Positions 28,147 to 37,070 of a DNA stretch of 56,867 bases are shown here, one piece after another. Position numbers and translations under genes: made by a program. The DNA is taken from contig JANOHV010000108.1 of assembly GCA_031406795.1 (NCBI GenBank), forward strand, positions 1 to 56,867, read 5' to 3'. Position 1 is the stretch's first letter. Every line of letters starts with the position of its first letter. The notes under the pieces are model-generated. The model was not told where the DNA came from. It worked only from the letters and a program-made list of their open reading frames with translations, and made no database searches. The stretch comes from Candidatus Rokuibacteriota bacterium. Its GTDB lineage: Bacteria; JAUVQV01; DATDCY01.

Positions 28147-29106
28147 TCAGGGCCGCGCGTCCTTCACCAGCCCTGCCGGATCGAGGTATTCGCGCAGAAT
28201 CGCGTCCGGGTCCGTCTCCTTGATGTAGCCCAGACGGGCCAGGTACGAGGCGTACTCGCGGACCGGCGCCCGCTCGAGCTCGGTGCGGTAGGTAATGTTG
28301 CCGAGAGCGGCCCGAACGGTCTTCTCGTCCATGCCGGTGTACTGCACGCCGATGCGCACCGCCTCCTCGGTGTTCGCGAGGATGAAAGCCGTCGCCCTGG
28401 CGTGCGCCTTGAGGAACGCCTGCACCGCCGCCGGCCGGTCGCGGGCGACGGAGCCTTCGAAGGCGACCACGCAGCAGGGGTGGCCCGGCCAGATCTGCGA
28501 GGAGGGGAGCAGAACGCGGCCGACGCCCTTCGTGACGGCCTTCGTCGCGTGGGGTTCCCAGGCGATGAAGGCGTCGATCTGGCTGCTCTCGAGCGCCGTA
28601 ATCATCTCCGGGGGCTTGACGACGATGATCTTCACCGCGCCCGCCGCGAGGCCGGCGGCCTCCAGGGCGCGGTGCAGCAAAAAGTCCTGGACACTCGCGT
28701 ACCCGGGGATCGCGACGGTCTTGCCGGCGAGGTCCTTCACCTGGCGCAGCGGGGAGTCGGCGCGTACGACGATAGCCGATCCCTCGGCATTGGCGAGGGC
28801 CGCCGCCTTCACGCTCGCCGCGCGGTTCGCCACGCCCGTGACGCTTGGCGCCATGCCCAGGTAGCCGACGTCGATGCCCTTCGACGCGAAGGCGCTCATC
28901 TCCTCGGCGCCGGCGTTGAAGATCCCCGCCGTTTCGACCTCCAGCCCCTCGTCGCGGAAGAAGCCCTTCTCGATCCCGACCCAGGCGGCAAGGTGGTGCA
29001 GGTCGCTGCGCAGGTAGCCCAGCCGGAGCTTCTCCCCGGCCGCGGCGGCCGGAGCCGCCGCGGCGAAGAGCGCAAGGGACAACAGCAGAACGACGGCTCT
29101 GTTCAT
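28147..29106 (-). CDS. ABC substrate-binding protein (SsuA/NMT1 type)
   Basis: signal peptide, EKGFF.DEGL, DLAGKTVAIP, AWEP, HPCC. Confidence 0.9.
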   Translation of the reverse strand: MNRAVVLLLSLALFAAAAPAAAAGEKLRLGYLRSDLHHLAAWVGIEKGFFRDEGLEVETAGIFNAGAEEMSAFASKGIDVGYLGMAPSVTGVANRAASVKAAALANAEGSAIVVRADSPLRQVKDLAGKTVAIPGYASVQDFLLHRALEAAGLAAGAVKIIVVKPPEMITALESSQIDAFIAWEPHATKAVTKGVGRVLLPSSQIWPGHPCCVVAFEGSVARDRPAAVQAFLKAHARATAFILANTEEAVRIGVQYTGMDEKTVRAALGNITYRTELERAPVREYASYLARLGYIKETDPDAILREYLDPAGLVKDARP

Positions 29107-29155
29107 GGTACCTCCTTCGCGGCCAATTCGCGTTGTCCCCGTATACGCGCGTGGC

Positions 29156-31132
29156 TCAGCCTTTGATCTCCACCGTGCTCCCGGCCTTGGCCAGCAGCGC
29201 CTTCACATTCGGGAACTTGTCCTTCATGTGCGGGATATGCATCGCCATCATGAACTCCCGTTCGAAGAGCGGGTCGGTGGCGATTTCCACGAACTCGACC
29301 CAGCGGGCGCGCTCGTTTGCCTCGATCCGCTTGCCGCGGTTGACCAGCGCCATGCGCGAGCCGTCCCCGGCCGCGTTGCCGACCGCATAGACCTTGTCGA
29401 GCTCGCAGTCGGGAAACAGGCCGAGCACCATCGAGGCTTCCTTGTTGATGTGGCTGCCGAAAGCTCCGGCGAGCACGACCCGGTCGAGCTTCTCGATGCC
29501 GAGCCGCTTCATCATCAGCTTGGCGCCGGTGTACAGCGCCCCCTTGGCCAGCTGGAGCGCCCGCACGTCCCCCTGCGTGATCGTGATGTCCGCGTTGATC
29601 GAGGTCTCGTCGGCCCACGCCAGCACGTACTCCGGCTTGCCCTCGACGTCCAGGCGGATGCGCGGCGTGCCCAGCGTCATGACGAAACGGCCGGACTTGT
29701 CGATGATCCCGGCCTTGAACATCTCGGCCACGACCTCGATGATCCCGGAGCCGCAGAGCCCCTTGGCCTTGACCTTCGCGACGTTGGTGTGCCAGTCGGC
29801 CTTGCCGATGACCTTGTAGCGCGGTTCGCGGGTCAGCGGGTCGATGTTGACCATCTCGATGGCGCCCGGCGCGGCGCGCATGCCGAACTTGATCTGCGCG
29901 CCCTCGAAGGCCGGGCCGGTGGCGCAGGAAGTCGAGCAGACCTTGTTGCGGTTGCCGAGCAGCAGCTCGCCGTTGGTGCCAATGTCGATGATCAGGACCA
30001 TCTCGTCCTGGTTGTACGGCTCCTCGGCGATCAGCACGCCGACGTTGTCCGCGCCGACGAAGCCGGCCTCGATCGGCAGCACGTGGATGTAGGCGCCCGG
30101 GGCGATCCGGAGCCCCAGGTCGCGGGCCTTGATGTCGAGCGAGTTCTGGACCGCCGGGATGAACGGCGAGCGGCCGATGTAGATCGGGTCCATGCCGAGG
30201 AAGATGTGGTGCATCGCCGTGTTGAAGACGATGGTCAGGTCGTCGATGACGTGCGCGCCGTTCGGGCCCTTCTTGCCGATCTCGGCCGCGACGCGGTCGC
30301 AGATGTCGTTGAGCCCCGCGATGATCGCCTTCTGCATGATCTCGAGCCCGTCGGCGTTGCTCATCGCGTAGGTGATGCGGCTCATGACGTCTTCGCCGTA
30401 GGGCACCTGGGGGTTCATGATCGACTCGGTGCTCACCACCTTGCCGGTGTCCAGGTCGGTCAGGTAGCCAACGCAGGTCGTGGTGCCGATGTCGACGGCC
30501 AGCCCGTAGCTCTGCTCGACGAAGCCCGGCTCGACCTTGATGATCTCCCGATCCATCCACACGGTTGCCGTGGCATTCCACTCGCCCTCGCGCAGCACCG
30601 TCTGCAGGTTGCGCAGCGCCAGGAAATCGAAGGTCAGCCCGGTCAGCCCGTAGTTGTCCTTCAGGGACTGGAGCACCCGCTCGTAGTCGCCGACCGTCAT
30701 GTCGTGCAGGGTCGGCGGCGTCAGCACGATGTTGTACTTCTTCACCGCCGGGTCGAGCGCGATCGTCAGCTCCTTGGCTGCCTTGCGCACGATCTGCTTG
30801 CCGGCGCGCGAGCGCTCCGGCACGAAAACCTTGATGTCGCCGTGGATCTCGGCGTTGCAGGAGAGACGGATGCCGGGCCCGTCCTCGGGCTTGATGTGCT
30901 TGCGCTCGGAGTCGGTCAGCGGCGAGAGGTGCGCCATGCCCGACTCGATGTTGTCTTTCTCGAAGTACCCCTCTTCGATCCGCACCTTGCACTTGCCGCA
31001 GACCTTCTTGTTGCCGCAGAGGCCCTCGATGTCGACGCCGAGCGCCTGTGCCGCCTCGAGGATGGTCTTGCCCTCCTCGACTTCGCCCCGGCGGCCCGAG
31101 GGCTGGAAAATCACCTTGTACTTCTTGGTCAT
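29156..31132 (-). CDS. RACo/ASKHA (DUF4445) ATP-dependent corrinoid reductive activator 1
   Basis: N-terminal [2Fe-2S] CG....CGKC...RLSC; VDIGTTT, DIGTNGE, CATGPAFEG, GLCGSG, AGAFG, GNAA. Confidence 0.92.
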   Translation of the reverse strand: MTKKYKVIFQPSGRRGEVEEGKTILEAAQALGVDIEGLCGNKKVCGKCKVRIEEGYFEKDNIESGMAHLSPLTDSERKHIKPEDGPGIRLSCNAEIHGDIKVFVPERSRAGKQIVRKAAKELTIALDPAVKKYNIVLTPPTLHDMTVGDYERVLQSLKDNYGLTGLTFDFLALRNLQTVLREGEWNATATVWMDREIIKVEPGFVEQSYGLAVDIGTTTCVGYLTDLDTGKVVSTESIMNPQVPYGEDVMSRITYAMSNADGLEIMQKAIIAGLNDICDRVAAEIGKKGPNGAHVIDDLTIVFNTAMHHIFLGMDPIYIGRSPFIPAVQNSLDIKARDLGLRIAPGAYIHVLPIEAGFVGADNVGVLIAEEPYNQDEMVLIIDIGTNGELLLGNRNKVCSTSCATGPAFEGAQIKFGMRAAPGAIEMVNIDPLTREPRYKVIGKADWHTNVAKVKAKGLCGSGIIEVVAEMFKAGIIDKSGRFVMTLGTPRIRLDVEGKPEYVLAWADETSINADITITQGDVRALQLAKGALYTGAKLMMKRLGIEKLDRVVLAGAFGSHINKEASMVLGLFPDCELDKVYAVGNAAGDGSRMALVNRGKRIEANERARWVEFVEIATDPLFEREFMMAMHIPHMKDKFPNVKALLAKAGSTVEIKG

Positions 31133-31854
31133 GCCACACTCTCCTCGCAGGAAAAAGGGGACAGATTTATTTTCTCGACAGTTCGCGGTCGAACTTCCGG
31201 CGGCGGGGGGGCAGAAAATAAATCTGTCCCCTTTCTCCGCCCGTAGGGGCAGACGGTGATGCACAGTCCGCAGTTGGGCTTGCCCGCCACCTGGCGCTTG
31301 GTCGCCTTGTGCCCGCGGCACTCGCCGAGGCGCACCAGTTCGACGAAGGGGTTCCCGCGCGACCACTCCGCGCCGGTGATCGCCTTGGAGGGGCAGTGGT
31401 CGCGACAGAGCGTGCACGCCCCGCACCCGCTCACCTCGAACGGACGGTCGGACACGAGCGGCGCGTCGGTGAGCACCGTGACCAGCGACAGCCGCGGCCC
31501 GTGCAGCGGGCTGATCAGCAGTCCGTTCTTGCCGACCCAACCGATCCCCGCCGAGGTCGCCGCCATCTTGTGGTTGAACAGCGCGTAGAGCTTCGAGACG
31601 AACGTATCCTGCTTCCGGTCCGAATCCGGCGGCACGGCGAGCGTGCGGTACCCCCGCGCCTTGAGCGACCTCACCGTGCGCTTCTGCAGCCGCGCCAGGA
31701 TCCCGAGCGTGTCCTCGTTGAGCCGGCGCGCGACGCCGATCGAAACCGCCCGATCCAAATGGGCGATCTCGGCGCCGAGGTGGCCGGTGAGGACGGCGAA
31801 TCCCACGACCGCCGCCCCCTGCGCGAGCAGTTCGTCCCGGAGCACTTCGTTCAT
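31129..31854 (-). CDS. QueG/reductive-dehalogenase-like 2x[4Fe-4S] protein
   Basis: HKMAATSAGIGWVGKNGLLI..GPRL.L.TVLTDAP, CGACTLCRDHCP, CGLCITVCP. Confidence 0.8.
   Translation of the reverse strand: MNEVLRDELLAQGAAVVGFAVLTGHLGAEIAHLDRAVSIGVARRLNEDTLGILARLQKRTVRSLKARGYRTLAVPPDSDRKQDTFVSKLYALFNHKMAATSAGIGWVGKNGLLISPLHGPRLSLVTVLTDAPLVSDRPFEVSGCGACTLCRDHCPSKAITGAEWSRGNPFVELVRLGECRGHKATKRQVAGKPNCGLCITVCPYGRRKGTDLFSAPPPPEVRPRTVEKINLSPFSCEESVA
31154..31234. repeat. palindromic REP/MITE-like element with 22-bp perfect arms inside a CDS
   Basis: AAAGGGGACAGATTTATTTTCT (31154-31175) and AGAAAATAAATCTGTCCCCTTT (31213-31234). Confidence 0.9.
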
Positions 31855-32543
31855 TTCGCCTTTTTGGCCTCGGCCTCGTCCTTCATCTGCTTGAGCGAAC
31901 CGATCATGTTGATCGCGTCCTTGAGCGCGTTGGTTGCGTCCTTGGCGTAGCCGTCGGCGCCGTACTTGTCGGCGACGTCCTGCGACACCGGCGCTCCGCC
32001 GATCATGATCTTGATGTTGGGGTTCTTCTTGCGCAGATCGTCGATGACCTTCTTCATGCCGGTCATCGTCGTCGTCATCATCGCCGAGAGGCAGACCAGG
32101 TCGGAATCGGTCCGGATCTGCTCCTCGAGAAACTTGTCCAGCGGCACGTCGCGGCCCAGGTCGTAGACCTGGAACCCGGCGACGTCGAACATCATCTTGA
32201 CGATGTTCTTGCCGATGTCGTGCACGTCACCTTCGACCGTGCCGATGACAACCGAGCCCCGGACACCGAGGTCCATCTGCTGCACGTGCGGCTTGAGGAT
32301 GTCCAGCCCGGCGTACAGCGCGTCCGCGCACATCAGCAGCTCGGGCACGAAATACTCCTGCGCCTCGAACATCTTCCCGACCTCGACCATGCCGCTCACG
32401 AGGCCGTTGAAAATCGCATCGTTCGCGTTCATGCCGACGGCCAGCACCTCCTGCGCGGCCTCCTTGACGGCGTCCTCGTCGTACGCGATGACGGATTTCT
32501 TCAGCTTCTCGAGCAGCTCGGTCTGTTTCTCAGCGGTGGCCAT
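31851..32543 (-). CDS. methyltransferase cognate corrinoid protein 1
   Basis: cap domain EYFVPE; GDVHDIGKN (DxHxxG), SAMMTTT, IGGAP. Confidence 0.93.
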   Translation of the reverse strand: MATAEKQTELLEKLKKSVIAYDEDAVKEAAQEVLAVGMNANDAIFNGLVSGMVEVGKMFEAQEYFVPELLMCADALYAGLDILKPHVQQMDLGVRGSVVIGTVEGDVHDIGKNIVKMMFDVAGFQVYDLGRDVPLDKFLEEQIRTDSDLVCLSAMMTTTMTGMKKVIDDLRKKNPNIKIMIGGAPVSQDVADKYGADGYAKDATNALKDAINMIGSLKQMKDEAEAKKAK

Positions 32544-32545
32544 GA

Positions 32546-33583
32546 TCACGCCCTCCTGTAGTTGGCGACTTCGTCGAGCATCGCTTTGACGTTTTCGGGC
32601 GGCACGGTCGGCCAGATGTCGCATCCCGGCCAGACCGCACTCACTCCATCTTCGAGGCACTTGCGCATCGTCGTGCGGACCAGCTCGGGCGTCCCCGCCA
32701 CGAGCACGTTGTACGGGTCGTAGTTGCCGAAGATCAGGGCCTTCGGGCCGAGTTTCGCGCGCGTCTCGGCGACGTCGTTCTTCTGGTCGACGGAAATCGC
32801 CGTCGCCCCGCTCTCGACCATGAACGGCACGATGTCGTTCGTCTTGCCGCAGATGTGCAACACGCTCGGCACGCTCAGCTGCGCGAAGATCTTCTGCAGA
32901 TACGGCAGGATCAGGCTCTTGAAGATGCGCGGGCTCAGTACATCCGAGGTCGCGCCCATCTCGCGCACCGTCAGGTAGTCGACGCCGGCGGCCTCGTAGC
33001 GCTTGGCGACCTGGATGATCACATCGGCGCACTGGTCCAGCAGCTTGGCGATCTTGTCCGGCTTCTTGAAAGAGAGCTTGAGCAGGTCGTTGAGCTCCAT
33101 GATCTGGCCCGCCAGCGTGAAGGGCCCGAGGACATAGGAACCCACCGGCGCCCGCTCGCCCAGCTGCTTTTTCAGCAGGCCGATCGCCTCGACCATCAGC
33201 GGCATCCGGCCGCGCTCCGTGATGTTCGACGGGAGGGCGATCTCCATCTCCGCCTCGTTGTGGATCAGCTTCTTCTTGATCGTCGGGTACAGCAGGTCCT
33301 CGGAGTGGGCGTAGACGTTGATCTCGCAGCCCATCGCCTCCGCCTCGACGCACAGGTCGAAGGGCACCACCCCGCACTCGATCCCGAGAAGCGTGTAGCT
33401 CGTGGCCGCCGCCTCGGCCATCATCTTCGCGTCCAGGTGGATCGCCGCGAACTTGTGGCCGAGGCTCTTGAGCCCCTCGGTGGTGACGTTGCCCATGCCG
33501 CTGAAGCAGGGGACCCGGTCGACCGCTTCACCGGCGAAGAGCTTCATCACCCGCTGTTTCGAGGTCATCGCGTTCTGTGTCAT
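32546..33583 (-). CDS. MtaA/CmuA-family methyltransferase
   Basis: PFDLCVEAEAMG, GPFTLAG, HICG and PGCD zinc motif; AAGGAGG SD. Confidence 0.9.
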   Translation of the reverse strand: MTQNAMTSKQRVMKLFAGEAVDRVPCFSGMGNVTTEGLKSLGHKFAAIHLDAKMMAEAAATSYTLLGIECGVVPFDLCVEAEAMGCEINVYAHSEDLLYPTIKKKLIHNEAEMEIALPSNITERGRMPLMVEAIGLLKKQLGERAPVGSYVLGPFTLAGQIMELNDLLKLSFKKPDKIAKLLDQCADVIIQVAKRYEAAGVDYLTVREMGATSDVLSPRIFKSLILPYLQKIFAQLSVPSVLHICGKTNDIVPFMVESGATAISVDQKNDVAETRAKLGPKALIFGNYDPYNVLVAGTPELVRTTMRKCLEDGVSAVWPGCDIWPTVPPENVKAMLDEVANYRRA

Positions 33584-33638
33584 GCATCCTCCTTGTCGTC
33601 GCAGTTGTGTTTAAAGTTGTTTCGTTCGACAAGAGTCC

Positions 33639-34586
33639 TCACTTGCGTTTGCCGCCCGCCGTCAGCTTGCCCAGGAACTCCCCGAAATAGCGCCGGATCG
33701 GCAGGTTCTCGTTCTCCGGGACGGTCCCGGTTTCGCTGTAGACCAGCGTGCTCAGCAGCACGTGCGCCGCCGCGACCGCCGGGAAGACCCGGGGCGCAGT
33801 GACGATCGGCCCGTAGAAGTTGAAATCGCTCCAGAGCACGCTCGACATCCCCTGGACGACGGCGTCCATCGCCTTGAAGCCGTCGAGACTCCAGAGGGTC
33901 TTGGCCTCCTGCCACATGTGCGTGCCGTTCGAGTAGGCGCCGCCGCAGGGCAGTCCGTGCTTCTCCTTGATCAGTTTGTTCGCCAGCAGCGAGAACGAGG
34001 TGGAGGGCAGGTTCATGATCGAGGTGTCGACGATGACCGTCTCGAACTCGCCGGCCCCCTGGTCGAGGAGCTTCTCCAGCGAGGTCAGTCGCCCCTGGGG
34101 CGACTGGTCCTGGTCGTCGAAGGCCTGGATGACCACGTGCTTGATCCCGAGGTCCTTGAGCTTGTTCACCTGACCCCGGATGTCCTTGTCCCACGGTGTG
34201 ATGCTGTTGTAGAGGAACTTGTCCTGCAGCCCGAGCTTGGCGACGTACTCCGTGGCCGCGGCCCGCTTCTCCGCGACCCACATGTCGATGCCGAAGGCCA
34301 TGTCCGTGGTCTCGCGGAAGAAATCGACGTAGATCTTCGCCTCCTCCGCCGAGTTGGCGACCATCGCCACCAGCCCGGGGATGCCGGTGGAGGCGGTGAG
34401 CGCCTCCTGCTGGCGGATGAGCTCCGTCGCCCGCACCCGATCGAAATTGCCCTTGCGATCCGCGAGAATCTTGTCCTTGTTGTGGAACATCGAGGCGATC
34501 AACAGCGGCGGGTTCTCCCCGGGCTGTCCGCCGACCTTCGCGCCGGCGATCGTGTTGACTTTCTGCTCTCTGGCGAACTGAAACAT
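33639..34586 (-). CDS. MtrH/CmuB/MtgA-like methylcorrinoid:pterin methyltransferase
   Basis: MFQFAREQKV..IAG.KVGGQPGENP.LL..SMF, G.FD, LYNSI, DFNFYGPI. Confidence 0.88.
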   Translation of the reverse strand: MFQFAREQKVNTIAGAKVGGQPGENPPLLIASMFHNKDKILADRKGNFDRVRATELIRQQEALTASTGIPGLVAMVANSAEEAKIYVDFFRETTDMAFGIDMWVAEKRAAATEYVAKLGLQDKFLYNSITPWDKDIRGQVNKLKDLGIKHVVIQAFDDQDQSPQGRLTSLEKLLDQGAGEFETVIVDTSIMNLPSTSFSLLANKLIKEKHGLPCGGAYSNGTHMWQEAKTLWSLDGFKAMDAVVQGMSSVLWSDFNFYGPIVTAPRVFPAVAAAHVLLSTLVYSETGTVPENENLPIRRYFGEFLGKLTAGGKRK

Positions 34587-34746
34587 TCTGGCTCTCCTCG
34601 TTTCGAAGCTGGTGAACGATGCGGCCGTTGGTTGCGGCCGCTGAACAAGACCCGCGGGCAACCGCCGCCCCCGGGCCTTGTTCAGCAGCCTGTCCTGCCG
34701 CGCAAGGGGCCGGGGGAGGCCGCTCGCCCCCCCCGGCGCTGATGCT

Positions 34747-35187
34747 CTAGAAAACGCCGTGGTCGAACTTCGGCGCCGGCAGGTACTCCCACTTCTCGCC
34801 CTTGCGGAACTTGGCCTCGATGTCCAGGCACTTGAGCGCGTACTCGAAGGCGTAGGGAATGCCGGGGCCGCCCGGGACAAAGCCGCCGAGGATCATGCCG
34901 ACCGAGGCAGCCTCGAAGATCTCGCCTGAGGTCGCGCCGGCGTTGATCGCCGGGATCACGTGGATGATGCAGCGCGGCGAGCAGTAGGCCACGCCGCCGG
35001 ACATGAACATCAGCTCCTTGACCTTGCGCGAGAGGGCGCCGTCGCCGAAGATGCTGGCGTAGAAATCGGCGAACGTGCGGCCCGGCTCCGGGGTCACGGT
35101 GTTGATGACCTGGAACATGCGCGGGACGAACCCGCACTGCTTCTTCATGTACTCGTTGACCTGGTCCAGCGTCATCTTCTCGGACAT
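34747..35187 (-). CDS. carboxymuconolactone decarboxylase/AhpD-like protein
   Basis: DGALSRKVKELM, CSPRCIIH, AGAT..EIFEA; AAGGAG SD. Confidence 0.8.
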   Translation of the reverse strand: MSEKMTLDQVNEYMKKQCGFVPRMFQVINTVTPEPGRTFADFYASIFGDGALSRKVKELMFMSGGVAYCSPRCIIHVIPAINAGATSGEIFEAASVGMILGGFVPGGPGIPYAFEYALKCLDIEAKFRKGEKWEYLPAPKFDHGVF

Positions 35188-35332
35188 CGTTCGCTCCTTT
35201 GGTTTCCCGCCGGCCCCATGCCGCGCGGTTCGGGTGTTGTTCGTTTCGCCCGTACTGCCACGACTTTCACGACCCCTGGCAACACATCCGCTCCTGTGCC
35301 GCTCTCACCCCCATTCAAGAGGTTTCAGCCGG

Positions 35333-36376
35333 TTAGAGTTTCCACTCCAGCGCAACGTCGTGAAATTTCTTGAGGTTCTCGTAGGGGATCGTCGGCGGGA
35401 TGTCGCACCCCGGCACCAGAATGAAGCCGGGCGCCGACCCCGCCACCTCGATGACCTCGCGGCAGGCCTTCTCGACGCCGGCGGCGTCCTGGTTGAGCAG
35501 CACGTGCACGGGCGCGACGTTGCCGCCGAAGCTCATCTTCCCTTCGAGCGCCTCGCGCGCCTTGGCCATGTCCACCTTCTGGTCGAAGAAGATCGTGCTC
35601 GCCCCGGTTGCGGGGAACAGATCAAGTCGATCGCTCGTGTTGCCGCAGATGTGCAGGATCGAGTGGACGCCCTTGCCGCGGGCCCAGTCGGTCAGCTTCT
35701 TGAGACCCGGCACCGCGAAGCGCTCCATCTGCTTCTTGTTGATCAGGTCGCCGGAGGCCGTGGGGTCGGCGATGCTCAGGCACTCCACCCCGGCCTGCAC
35801 CAGCGGTTCGTAGACGTGGATCAGCAGGTCGGCGCAGAAATCGACCATCTTCTCGACGAAGGCCGGCTTTTTGAACGTCGCCTTCATGAAGGCTTCCTCG
35901 CCGACGAAGCGCGCCGCCAGCGTGAACGGGCCCCAGCAGGTCATCGTGACCAGATAGGTGTCCCCGATCTTCTTCTTCACGAGCTTGGTCGCCTCGAGCA
36001 CGGTCTGCACCACCGGGTCGCGAAGCACGTCGGCGATGTCCAGTTTCGCCAGGTCCTCTTCGTTGTTGACGAAATGCGAGGTCATGTCCGGGGCGCCCAT
36101 TTCGCGGTACTTGATGCCGACCCCGAACGCCTTACCGAGCGCCGACGCGTGGAAGTTGTTGTACCCCGAACCGACGTACACGACGTCGCTGCGGATGCGC
36201 GCCGCCTCGGCGACGCACATATCGGCCATCTTCTGCGGGTCGAGCGCCAGTGCCTCGAAGCTCGTGCCGTAGTCCTTGATCGACCACATCCCGGCCCCGA
36301 ACAGGGTCACCGGAATCCGGTCCGCCTTCTCGCACGCAAAAGCCTTGAGTATCACTTCCCTCGGTGTCATCGTCAT
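35333..36376 (-). CDS. UroD-fold (MtaA-like) corrinoid methyltransferase
   Basis: DRIPV, WGPFTLA, ADPTASGDLI, HICG, GNV.P, PGCD. Confidence 0.88.
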   Translation of the reverse strand: MTMTPREVILKAFACEKADRIPVTLFGAGMWSIKDYGTSFEALALDPQKMADMCVAEAARIRSDVVYVGSGYNNFHASALGKAFGVGIKYREMGAPDMTSHFVNNEEDLAKLDIADVLRDPVVQTVLEATKLVKKKIGDTYLVTMTCWGPFTLAARFVGEEAFMKATFKKPAFVEKMVDFCADLLIHVYEPLVQAGVECLSIADPTASGDLINKKQMERFAVPGLKKLTDWARGKGVHSILHICGNTSDRLDLFPATGASTIFFDQKVDMAKAREALEGKMSFGGNVAPVHVLLNQDAAGVEKACREVIEVAGSAPGFILVPGCDIPPTIPYENLKKFHDVALEWKL

Positions 36377-36411
36377 GCTGGTTCCCCCTTGGCGTCGGTG
36401 GTCGTCTGGCG

Positions 36412-36741
36412 TCAGGCTGCGATGTGCTGAATGATCTCTTTGATCGCGTCCAGGTCGACGGGCAGCCGGATCATCGGCGGATTGTCGCACGCCGCGCCCC
36501 CGCCGACGAAGAGAATGGGCATCTCGGGCGCGATGGTCTTGATGATGCGTGCGGCATCCTCCGCGGAGAGGCCGAACGGCTCCGCATCGACGATCATGAC
36601 ATCGTAGGTGCTGCCGAGGACCTTCTGCACGGCGAGGGCGGGGTGCTCGACGTCCTCGATGGCGTAACCCTCCTCCCGGAGCATGCCGTAGAGGCTCTTG
36701 ATCAGCAGCGGGTTCGATGAGCAGAGTATGATTTTCTTCAT
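36412..36741 (-). CDS. atypical stand-alone receiver-domain protein
   Basis: KKIILCS, YDVMIVD, PEMPILFV, LPVDL pattern; lacks the N-terminal acidic pair and the conserved Lys. Confidence 0.65.
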   Translation of the reverse strand: MKKIILCSSNPLLIKSLYGMLREEGYAIEDVEHPALAVQKVLGSTYDVMIVDAEPFGLSAEDAARIIKTIAPEMPILFVGGGAACDNPPMIRLPVDLDAIKEIIQHIAA

Positions 36742-36756
36742 CTGCTGCTGAACCAA

Positions 36757-36772
36757 TGCATGATCGGTGCCA
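36757..36772 (-). promoter_or_regulatory. sigma54 (-24/-12) promoter candidate for module 1
   Basis: TGGCACCGATCATGCA with correct GG-N10-GC spacing. Confidence 0.5.
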
Positions 36773-36993
36773 GACTGCGGAAGAGCACCCGTGCATCGCA
36801 AAAAGGCCTTCAAACGAGGACTTCATCGACCCGCGATGGCCCCGTCTTGGCTTGTCGGTCTTGAGAGGAGCGTTTGACCGGGCAGCAGAGGAGGGATATT
36901 GCCCCAGCGGCTGGGGAATTCCGCCTCACACCTCGATCGAACTGCCCGGCGGCGGGCGAGGAACTTCAGTTTCCTTTTTGCGCAGGGAAACTT

Positions 36994-37041
36994 CCCAGGG
37001 AGGCTCGTTTCTCCCGCACCCCAAGAAACGAGACCCCCTGG
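36994..37041. terminator. hairpin ending module 2
   Basis: CCAGGG..CTCGTTTCT-loop-AGAAACGAG..CCCTGG, about 30 nt after the 62-aa gene; no clear U tract. Confidence 0.4.
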
Positions 37042-37070
37042 TCGAGCATTTCTCCCGCAACTCCAGAACG

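Noticed and set aside
31129-31854. respiratory reductive dehalogenase RdhA
   Set aside because: Too short, with no Tat signal and no RdhB anchor.
33639-34586. methanogen Mtr complex or archaeal origin
   Set aside because: No other mtr subunits are present, and the context (mfd, NarL regulator, sigma70 promoters) is bacterial.
35267-35287. leader peptide MCCQGS ending in TGA upstream of the CMD gene
   Set aside because: The SD is only 3 nt from the ATG, with no attenuator or SECIS structure; likely chance.
36878-36960. cobalamin riboswitch (GGGAA...ACTGCCC resemblance)
   Set aside because: It is on the wrong strand for the downstream genes, with no recognisable B12 box or conserved core.
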